A model generated the notes under the pieces. That model searched no databases. It worked only from the letters and a program-made list of their open reading frames with translations, and was not told the DNA's origin. From Mobula hypostoma (Eukaryota), in contig NC_086123.1 in assembly GCF_963921235.1 (NCBI RefSeq), positions 1,550,001-1,614,000 on the forward strand: a DNA stretch of 64,000 nt. The letters are read 5' to 3'. The position numbers and the translations under genes were made by a program. Below are positions 54,005 to 64,000 of this stretch, piece by piece. How positions within the stretch are numbered: the stretch's first letter is position 1; every line of letters starts with the position of its first letter.

Positions 54005-57002
54005 CTAGGAAACACAAACATCTCAATGAGCTCTTTTTAACTGGCGCTTAGATCAACTAATGGTGGCCTTGACTCTGATGAGGTCATGCAGAAGTGTGAA
54101 GATACAAACTCAAGGGGCAACTATCCCATAAATCATTTTGGCCAGAGGACAACAGAAGAGTAAGTGAATTATTATTTTTACAGTTCACATTAGCAACAAG
54201 TAACTTGCCTTCTCAAGAATTACAGAAGCAGAGGAGGGGCAGCGTGGCGTGGGGCGAGAAAGAATTCAATATTATTTAAAGCAGGGAATGTCTATCTGAG
54301 TTAAATGTCTCTCGTCCTCTTTGTTAAAATTATCTTACAACACCCTCAAAAGAGCAGGCACTAATCAGTAAGTTTATCCAGAGCAATATACATAAAATGC
54401 TGGAGGAACTCAGCAGGCCAGGCAGCATCGATGTGAAGGACTAAACAGTCAACGTTTCAGGCTGAGAATGGAAAGGAAGCGGGGAGAAGTGGTGGGGTGG
54501 GGGGAAGGAGGTAAGGAGCACAAGCCGGCAGGTGATTGGTGTAACTAGGTGAGGGGGTGAGAAACTGGGAGTTGATTGGTGGAAAAGGCAACAGGCTGAA
54601 GAAGGCGGCATCTGATAGGAGAGGACAGTGGACCATGGGAGAAAGGAAGAGAGGGGCACCACAGACAGATGATAGGCAAATGAGAAGGGTTTCTCAAACC
54701 AAGTGAAACTGTAAATTCAGTTCAGGAACAATGATTAGTTAAGGCTTACTCTCATTAAGATTAAGAATGCTGATAATTTCTAAAAATAAATTTCAAGTGT
54801 CTCCTTACAAATGGGAAAAATGGAACACTCTCACTCAGGCCCTTATTGTTCAACATCGCTGCCCAACAACATAAACACTAACCACTTTGTAAATCTTCTG
54901 ACAGAAGTTGTCTGAGCCATTATGGGACAGTGTGACAGCGTTCCATTGTCAATCTTTCTCACTATCTAGACTTACGACAGTTTAATAAAATGCTTTATTA
55001 GTCATACCTTTTCTCGAAAATGATCACTGCGATCAATAGCCTGCAGCTTCCCTTTCAGAGTTGAGCTTTTGAACCACCTGTACGACCTGGCATTTTGTGG
55101 CATGAGCAGAAGCCTAGAAGGTCCGGGACAGCTACGGCATGGTATGTGCATGCAGCGGGGCCCAGGTCCCAGAGCGGGGAGTAAGCGAATGTTTGGCTGC
55201 TGGAGAGGACTTGGAGGCGATTTGAAACAGCAGGGCCTGGGCCCGAGAGCAAGAACAAGCTGACGTTTGACCGATTAAAGCAGCTGGGTACAGGTCAATT
55301 CAAGATGGCGGGTCCTGAGCCCAACAGCGTACTGAAATAGCAGAGCCCGGGTTTGAGAGCGAGGAATTAGCTGCTGTTTGGCCATTTTAAACACCAGGCC
55401 AGATCGAAAAGGTCAGTGTGTTGGGGCTGGAGGCGAGGGACAGGCCGGTGCTCAGCCCGGTGAGGGTCAGTCATCTCTGCACTGAATTGAGGCTGTGGGC
55501 GGCCTGCAACTAACCGGCTCCTAGAGAGGCTGTGACCTCACTTTCATGAACTTCAGTTCTGAATGTTATTGGCTCACGATCACATGATTAGTTTTTTTTC
55601 TTGCACATTGGGTGTATGAAGGTTTTTTAAATGGGTTCTATTGGGGTTCTTTGTTTTGTGGCTGTCTGTAAGAAGGTAAATTTCAAGGTTTGAATTATTT
55701 CTCTCCATATTGCTGGCAATTATCTATAAGAGAGTGCACACTTGACCTCTTTCTCCATCACTTTGAACAATGTTTCCTCTCTGCAATTAAGCTTTCACTA
55801 ACAATATTTGGAAAGGAAGTGATCTGTCACGGGCTCTGCACATCCTTTGCGTATTGGAATAATTGGAAGTTGAGCTAATTTAAAGGCAAAGTGCAACATG
55901 TGGTCACTGGCCTGTCAGTTTTCTCCACTAAGTTATGCTAAAATATTCTTCCTATAGGAAGCCCAGGGAAGTATCATTGTCACTTCCTTACTGGGTAGTG
56001 GGGGTTGCAACTTTAGCACATCAAAATCCCACAAAATCAATCAAGTGTCAGGGAGAAATAAATTGTACAAACAGGGGTTTATGATTGCCAAACTCAGCGG
56101 GTTTCCTGTGACTTTTTGCCAATCGGCTGAAGATGATGACCATCATAGACAAAGAAAAAGTAAGAGGAGATACTAATTTGAATCGTCAGCTTCAGCTATG
56201 CTAGTGTAGACTCTAAATTCGCTTCTCTTCTATTGTTGCGAAGGCTCCTATAACAGGACCCACTATTTTTTTTTTGAGTAGAAGATTGCCTGTAGCAGTG
56301 GTAGTAACTGATTCAGACTGACAGTTGAACAGTAATATTTCCACTTCCCTACAACAACACTGTTCGACAGCCAAGATAGTCTGCAAACCTGCTCCTCACT
56401 GGAAACTCTACTTGTTGCGAGAGGTTCTCCAAAAATGTCAACCTGCAATGACATAAATGATCAGGTGGAGAAACAATCCACCTTCAGCGTGCCTGACAGA
56501 GATGAGGGGCAGCTGAGAGATCAGAGCAGCACGTATTCCAAAGCATGACGCCCAGCTGATGAGCAGCCAGGGGTTAGAAAAATGTTGGAGAGATGTACAA
56601 GGACAGGCACGGCCAGACTATACTGTAACCCTGCATCGGTCCTGAACCAGTAGATACAGCATTAGTTATACACAGTGAGCATCAGCAAACCTCAAGGGGT
56701 GGGGGTGGGGAAATTAACTACCCTAGATGCCAGTTGAAACAAACTGTGTTCCTCCAAGCATTGCCTGCATATTTCCTTTTATTTAATTAGACATACAGCA
56801 CAGAACAGGCCCTTCCGGCCCAATGAGCTCTCTGCCCAGTGACCCACCCATTAACACTAGCCTAATCACAGGACAGTTTACAATGACCTACTAACCAGTA
56901 CGTCTTTGGAATGTGGGAGGAAACCGGAGCACCTAGAAGAAATCCACATGTTCACGGGGATATTTGACTGACTCGGGGTTGAAAATTTGGCAGTGGACTT
57001 AC

Positions 57003-57126
57003 CACATGCATAAGTCTGCACTTTCATCATCTCATCCTTCAAACACTGTAGCCTGCCTCGCAACTCGTCCATTTTAACAGCATTACAGCGATTCATCCCA
57101 CCATCTATTGCTGAAAAGAACTTAGC
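57003..57126 (-). CDS. PRR11-like/NEMP-motif gene, coding exon 2 (predicted helical/coiled coil)
   Basis: TTTGCAG|AKFFSAIDGGMNRCNAVKMDELRGRLQCLKDEMMKVQTYAC+G|GTAAGT; phases 0 to 1 fit neighbours. Confidence 0.82.
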
Positions 57127-57545
57127 CTGCAAAGAAAATATTTAATAGTACATTACCCGCTCCACATTTATCATTTAGCTTAAAACATTTAAGTATTTAG
57201 TTTAGGAAACCGACACACGAATGTGTTAAATAACTTTAGTGATCTAACCTCTGCAGAGGTCTGGATATTGAGAATCAGGTTTGTTGTGTACTTAATATTT
57301 TAGTTATAATTGAGTAATATATATATATATAGATTAAGCATTCCTGTTGTCTAAATAATTAATTACAGGTTATATGCAAAAATACATTAATTGCATACGT
57401 CATCACACTACCACGTGATAGATGCATGCCCTTTTTAAAGTGAACTCGAACTAGACCCGTATTTCAGACTGCCCACGTCCTCATTTGAATTCATTTAATG
57501 TTTTGAAGTTATAAAATGTGCAAGGCTGATTGTTAAGGCTGAAAT

Positions 57546-57589
57546 GTGCAGTCCTGACGAAGGGTCTCGGCCTGAAACGTCGACTGCAC
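57546..57589 (+). ncRNA. Minimal type I hammerhead ribozyme motif, core intact, 8-bp stem I
   Basis: GTGCAGTC-CTGACGA-AGG GTCTCGG CCT-GAAA-C-GTC-GACTGCAC; predicted cleavage after C57581. Confidence 0.78.
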
Positions 57590-58949
57590 CTCTTCCTACA
57601 GATGCTGCTTGGCCTGCTGCGTTCACCAGCAACTTTGATGTGTGAAGGCTGATTATTTATTTTATTTGTATTTACTCAGTAGTACAGTTTGGAACAGGCC
57701 TTTCTGGCCCAACAAGCCACACTACCCAGCAGTCCACTTATTTAACACTAGCCTAATCACAGGACAATTTACAATGACTAATTAACCTGCTAGCTGGTAC
57801 GTCTTTGGACTGTGGTTGGGAACCCACCCGATCACAGGAAGAACATACAAACTCATACCAGAAATGAACTACAAAACTCCAACGGCCCGAGCCTGAACAA
57901 ACTGCTAGACTACCCTGGCGTCCCATCATCACCTACGCATGCCATGAAATTTGTGGTTTCATGGCAGCAGTACAGTCAGTACATTAAACATACCATAAAT
58001 ACAATAAGAAAATACGTACAGTGAATTCCAGTTAATTGGGACACATCAAGACCAGTACATTTTGGCCCAGTTAAGTTGCTGCCCCAATTAACTGAAGTTT
58101 CATGAATGTATAAAAAAAGACTAACTGCCATTTAACTGAATAACAAATTATGCATTTAAATGAGATACTGAACAAATTAGAGCACTAGCAATACCACTAC
58201 AGTACTATAAAACTGTGTAATAGTTCCTAATAGTTATCCTTGGAGGAATTTATCCAGTGTACACTGCCGTGTTCGTTTGTTCGACTGTAAATCAAAAAAT
58301 CAGTGGGGCACCTAGTGTAGATAGTGGACTGCCTTCATACGATGCTTTTGACAACTGCATCCTCCAAATCTTCATTTTCACTGTAACATTCAAGATGATT
58401 GTCAATGCCTTCAAATTCTTCATGTTCCTAATTTGCTGAGGCAGCAAAATCATTTAATTTTTACTCCCTGCCAATTCCGCCATCTTCAAGCCCAAGTGCT
58501 TCAAACTACAGTCAACAAAACAGTTCTGAAGGGTAATAATTAGATAAGAAAAGGGTAATAAAAAGGGATAAACAGCAACAAAAACGTATTTAAGCAGCTT
58601 TTATGACAGTAAGATGCCTCAAGGCACTTCATTGGAGTATTATTGATACTTGGCACCCAAGACATCTGATACCATTGCATATATTGAAGTCCTTGGAATG
58701 CTCCAGCCTACATGGGACATGGATAAGAGTTTTTGTTTACTATACGTACACTGTGCCTTCCTAGAAAAGGTAAGAATAGGATTCGATTGAGAGGTTTATA
58801 ATGTTGCCAAATAGTTCTTTAAAATATCAGCAAAAGATTTACAAGAAACTGATAACTAAAAATATAACAGGGAAGTGCACGAGCAAGAAATTTGATTAGG
58901 TTACATAAAACAAGTAATGGAAGATTAAGGCAGAAGAAGATATTACTAA

Positions 58950-60030
58950 TATCCGCTACTACGATGCTGCCTCACCTGTATCTCCTCCATTGTCCACATG
59001 TATACCCCCCCCCCATGACATAACAGGGACAGGGTTGTTCGCATCTACAACCCCAGAGGCCTCTGCACGCAGCACATCATCTTCTGCAACTTCCAACAGG
59101 ATCCCACTGCCAGGAACATCCTTCACAACCCTCACCTCCACTTCCTTTATCGACCACTCTCTTGGCAACTCCCTTGTCCATTCATCCCTCGCCACCGATC
59201 TCCCTTCTGGCACTTATCTCTTCAATTATAACAAATGCTACACTCGTCCCAACACTTCTTTCACCAGCATTCAGGGTCTTAAACAAGGGCTTCACCTGCA
59301 AGTCTGCTGGGTCATTTGTTGCTTCCAGTCTTCCCAACGGGGTCTCCTCTAAATCAGCGAGATCCAATAAAGGCTAGAGACCCCTTGTCAAACACTTTAA
59401 CTCTGTCTGCCATAACAATCTTGATTTCCAGGTGAACACCCATTTCAGTTCCACTTCCCATTCCCCCATCAACATGTCTGTTCACAGTCTCATTTACAAT
59501 CACAATGAGGCCAGATGCAGGAGGAGCAACACATCATATTCTGTATTGGTAGTCTCCAATCTGATGACATGAACATTGATATCTCTAACTTCTGGTAACC
59601 AGTCCCCTCTGTTTCTGCACACACACCTCCACACCACCAGCTTTATGTACCCTTATTCTGTTGGCCCTGTCAACCCTCATGGATCTGCCCATCATCTCCC
59701 TCTGGTTCCCCATGATCTACTATATTCTCATATTAGATTCCTCCTTCTTCAGCCCCTTACCTCTTCCACCTCTCACCTCCTAACTTCTCATTCCTCCTCC
59801 ACCACCCACCCGCCTTCCCCTCACCTGGATTCATCTATCAGCTTATCCTCCTCCCCTCCACCCCTCGCCTTTTTACTCTGGCTTCTGCCCTCTTCCTTTC
59901 AAACCCTGATGAAGGGTCTCAGTCAGAAACATCGACTGTTCACTTCCCTTCATAGATCCTGCCTGACCTGCTGAGCTCCCCCAGTACTTTGTGTGTGTGT
60001 AGCTTAAGATCTCCAGCATCTGCAGAATTT
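58950..60030 (+). mobile_element. Decayed Penelope-like element 3' part with degenerate hammerhead (~59905-59937)
   Basis: GIY-YIG C-terminal remnant similar to 9960-10060; CTGATGAAGGGTCTCAGTCAGAAACATCGAC. Confidence 0.75.
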
Positions 60031-60295
60031 TATATGACTAAAATCTCATGGTCTACACCAAAGGGATTTAAAAAGTCATAGCTACCGATATAATGGATGG
60101 AATTGTCACATCTTCTAAAATGGTTAAGGTTTAGAATTCTGACTATATTTTGGAAGGTAGTGAATCAGACTGTCAATAAAGGAAGGAGAGATAGAAAGGA
60201 GAGGCTTCTCAGCCACATTTTAGAATAATAATTCTTTCTGTGGCTTCTGGTGAAACCAGAACAACACGCCAACCAGATTCTGATTTCCATCTTAC

Positions 60296-60517
60296 CTTAA
60301 TAAAAGATTTCAATCCAGCCTTCTCCAGTTCCGCTTGTTTGCGTTTGCGCACCACCTTCTCACACAGCGATGGGTTCTGATCCATGGCGTGGAACAAGTC
60401 CTCCAGTGCCTTTTCTGTGTAAGTCAGTCCTTCAATCTCAAATTCTTCTTTACTCAGGCGCTTACAAAACATCTTACTCAGAGGATACTCTTGGTCAAAT
60501 TCTTCCAGAGTTTCCAT
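60296..60517 (-). CDS. Uncharacterised PRR11-like/NEMP-motif protein, coding exon 1 (join 60517..60296, 57126..57003, 54004..53799, 53198..53122, 48523..48407, 44215..44011; 951 nt, 316 aa)
   Basis: CAG acceptor (exon starts 60524), Kozak GCAATGG, METLEEFDQEYPLSKMFCKRLSKEEFEIEGLTYTEKALEDL...KSFIK, AAG|GTAAGA donor, phase 0. Confidence 0.85.
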
Positions 60518-62183
60518 TGCGGGCCTGTGGGGATAAAGATAAAAGAATAAAAAACATAAAAATGATTGATTGAACATTAGCTTTACACATTCTCATAGAT
60601 TTAGTTTTGCATCAAGCTTCTCCAAATTATGGTGACTTAATAAAGGGCTGGGAAGGTGAGAGAAGCACTTGACCAGTTGGTACATTTGTTGGAAGTGGTG
60701 GTTCCAACATACCGTAGGTCTCTGACCAGTGCTCTGGAAGGACAAAAAGACAATGCACTATTGTTCATTTTTTGCAAAAACAAAATTATCTAAATCCTGA
60801 TGAAGGGTCTCAGCCCAACTCTCTTCCACAGATGCCTGTTCAGCTGAGTTCCTCCAGCATTTTGCGTGTGTAGCTTGGATGTTCAGCATCTGCAGATTTT
60901 CCTGTGTATGATCTAAACCGTTCCTGAAAAGGCTTGACAGGTTTGCATGTGGGATTAATAATATTTAAAACAGGAAGTTTCTGAAACCCTGAAGATTAAA
61001 ATAGTTGTGGAAGGTAACTTGAAACAGAGCATGATTAACAAAAGCTCAACCTCCAGCTGCAGAATGTGGTAGGAAAATAACCGAAGATGACATTTAGTAT
61101 ATTCAGCCATGAGGAATTTTCAAAACATAAATTGACAGATTCATAAGTATTACAAACTAGAGTAGTTCTACAGTAATGTATGTGTTAGGTCCCATGAAGT
61201 GGGTGACGAGAGGTGAGTAAAATTACTTGGGGAACATTGTTCCTGACTGGGTGAAGTTTTGAAATGTGCAAGCTGGGGTATATTTTAATTTCAATCCAAT
61301 GAGCCCAGCAACTTTGCAAGAGATGAACTGAACAATGCCCTTGAACAGGAAAGTCTGGAGGATGTTGAGTCTGTGATTTGATTGGAAATGCTGAAGAATG
61401 CATACTCTGGGGAGAGCTGAGTGTGCAGCTGTGGCAAGCTTTGCAGAAAAAAACAGCACGATTTCAAAACATGAACATGTTAAAAGGAGAGCACAAAATA
61501 CACTCTGGTGAATTACGATGAGATGGAATGCACTGATTTCCTACTCCACGGTGAGTTGACTTGAGTTAGAAACTTTGGCTGGAGATTAAATTGTACCTAC
61601 AAATGAATGGGTGGGAACCTGGGGGAAGGGCCCAGAATGTAAAATGATGTCATTTTGAAAACACCTGCAAGAGTAATTTATATTTTAATAGCACCTTCAA
61701 CATAGACAATATCCCAGATACTTCACAAGATTCTGTTAGCCTCCAACCATTGCGAGTCTCATTTTAAGCTTCAAAGTTCATCAGTGTGTTATAGCTTTGA
61801 GAGTTTTGGCTCCAAAGTTTGTGTTTTGTTCAGACTGCATTTGAAATCCAGACTTAATTTCTACCTGCTCTGCTGAGATTGTTGAACTTAAAAGTTCATG
61901 ATCATGAACTTCAACTCTCTTCATCTACTTTTAAAAAATCTATTCTTTTGATTAAACTTTGCACCAACCGCCAGATCATCTTACTCACTGATGGTAATTT
62001 CTAGGACTTTGCAGCAGTGAGCAACTTCTTCTAACATTGACAAAGGTTCGACAGAGATTTTCTGTCTCACTGAATAGCAACGTGTTTCTGGCTTGAGTAA
62101 CACTCCACTAAGGGATGGGATCTCTGCTTCATTCCAGGACTCTAAAGTGGGGACTAGAAAGTCTTTGACAACAAATTTTAATA

Positions 62184-62337
62184 CAGGTCGACCTTCACTA
62201 ATCCGGCACCATTGGGACATGAAGAGTGCCAGATTAGTGAAAATGCTGAATTACAGAAGGATCACATTGAGCATAATCAGTGCCCGATTATCGAAGGAAC
62301 CGAATTACAGGTAGTCCGATTAGAGAAGGTCGACCTG
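62184..62337. mobile_element. 154-bp Tigger-type MITE
   Basis: TA|CAGGTCGACCTTC...GAAGGTCGACCTG|TA. Confidence 0.88.
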
Positions 62338-63020
62338 TATTCCGATGACTTTGGTGTACCCTGGAATTATCCGAACTAACACTGTACACTGCATGAAGTT
62401 TCTCCTTGTTCACTTCGAAACAAATGTTTACTTAAATCGAATCAAATGTAATTTTCGCGTTAGAAAGACCACCATACTGTATGATTATCAGTGCTGAGTT
62501 GCAGGAATGACTCTTACCAGTAGTTTCAAAATTTGGCATATTATGCCCATAAGTGACTGAATGTTAAATTTTAATAATAGCATTGCGTAGCATCTTGGGA
62601 TATTTTCTATGTTGAAGTTGCTGTGTATGTTTAAATCACTGTTGTGCGTGTGCTCTTTTAGAAACGACATCATTTTACATCTTGGGAAACAACCAGCCGG
62701 TCCTACTCCAGATCAAACAGCACTACTGAAAGTGTTTGGAGCCGAGCAGAATTTTAAGAGACTACACTGTATCAATGCTGAGATAAGGAGCCACGGAGAT
62801 AAGTTATGCAGCAGAAAAATGTGACAGCGGTCAGATTACTTGGCCAAGGTATCATACAACACTGTTGCACGAGGACGCAGGCTCAACATAAACCACCAAG
62901 GTTGCGGAAATAAGTGACAGCAAACAATACACACAGTAGGCCCAATCACTTTGATGTTCTGAACGCCAAACATTTCACTGGGCATGAAGTTTGCAATTGC
63001 AACTTTACTACTTCACTTAC

Positions 63021-63340
63021 AAACAGTCCGCCGTGGATCAGTGAGTCGGAGGCGGCCGTGTAGACCCCGCTGCCCGGACAGGGTGATTCTGAGCGCCTTT
63101 CCCGGAGTTCAAGGCAGTGGCGGGAGCTGATCACAGACCACGGCCGGCTCCCATTGCTCTCCGGCCCGAAGAGGGAAGGAGCGGTGCGGCCGGGAGCAAT
63201 CGTCCCGTTCGCGGACACAAACCACTGCAGATGCTGGGGTCACAACACGCCGGCGGAGCCCTGAGGGGGACGGGGGACGGGGGACGGGGGACGGAAGGGG
63301 CAGAACCCTCCCGCCCGCAGGTTCACCGCTCTCGGCTCCG
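63021..63340 (-). other. Probable non-coding exon 1 of the PRR11-like gene (TSS approximate)
   Basis: GTAAGT donor at 63020 at the edge of a CpG island. Confidence 0.6.
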
Positions 63341-63550
63341 GCGCTGCCTCCAAACGGCAGAAAAGTCAAATCCCCGTCCTTCCACAACGAACCAATCCGG
63401 CTTGTCGGCAATTCAACTGGCCAATCAACTGCCGTCTTCTCGCAAATCAGCCAATTGACTGAGAGTTTGCCGGGAGTTTGACAGAGAGAGTGGCTAATCG
63501 GAAAGCGCCGCGACTCACGCTGATCCCGCCTCCCAACATGCGGTGCGGAT
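63030..63550 (-). promoter_or_regulatory. CpG-island promoter with three evenly spaced CCAAT boxes and MYB-like sites
   Basis: CCAAT at 63392, 63421 and 63451; CAACTG at 63414 and 63426; AAACGG near 63352; high CpG density. Confidence 0.7.
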
Positions 63551-64000
63551 AACGTTCTGTTAGTTTGTGTGTTAAAATACTGGAAATACTCATCTTTCGT
63601 TACATTTAATGTGGCATCAGATCAATGCATTTTCTTCCAAAATATTGAACGCCTCGTTACACAAAGTCCAGACCCTCTGTACAGTGGCTGTAGGGCCCTT
63701 CCTCACAACTAATTCCTGAATCCTGATGCGGGGTTTCGACCCCAAATTTCGACATTTCCTTTCCCCACCCCAACGTGGGGACGTTGTTTTTTTATATTGT
63801 TACTGCTCGAGATTCCAGCAGTATCTGCAAGTTGTGTTGTTTGGCTGTCCTAGGGAGTCTATAGCACATCCGGCTGGTGTACAGCTGTAGAGTTGTGTAG
63901 CACAGAAGGCAGCCATTCAGCGCATCACGTTTTTGCCAACTACACTCATCCCATTTTCACACATATTCTTCGTGTTTATTCAACGTCCTGTCTGAAATGT

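Noticed and set aside
53800-54051. Poly-glycine ORF on + strand
   Set aside because: Antisense shadow of the polyproline exon
56389-56442. Exon-like segment (TTGCAG|VDIFGEPLATSRVSSEEQ|GT) in the PRR11-like gene
   Set aside because: Lies in a phase-1 intron where inclusion gives an immediate TGA; at most a poison exon, and unsupported
44011-60517. Assigning symbol PRR11 or NEMP1
   Set aside because: Only motif-level similarity, no transmembrane domain, N-terminus unlike PRR11 and no SKA2 visible; orthology not established

Overview
Eukaryotic vertebrate DNA, most likely a cartilaginous fish (inferred from dense CR1, Rex1, Penelope and SINE repeats and the protein sequences), with a 213-N gap at 16057-16269. 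I reconstructed three spliced genes by hand. (1) CTU1 (- strand, 341 aa) and (2) SIRT4 (+ strand, 312 aa) appear to be transcribed head-to-head from a ~270-bp GC-rich region at ~28.5-28.8 kb that carries a ZNF143/THAP11-type motif. (3) An uncharacterised six-coding-exon gene (- strand, 316 aa, convergent with SIRT4) joins an N-terminal motif resembling the NEMP1 nucleoplasmic region to a P16 tract, a WH2-like segment and a PRR11-type RSPGGTP...LxxKF C-terminus; three evenly spaced CCAAT boxes lie upstream. SIRT4 has substitutions at normally conserved acyl-pocket positions (YWARN->YWAQT, APDGD->APDGN). The rest is mostly decayed and nested mobile DNA (CR1, Rex1, Penelope, hAT, Tigger, Tc1, tRNA-SINEs). 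This includes ~15 Penelope-derived repeats with minimal hammerhead ribozyme motifs; two have intact cores and are nearly identical, suggesting a young ~100-130-nt ribozyme mini-element. All homology calls come from recalled sequences and have not been confirmed by searches.
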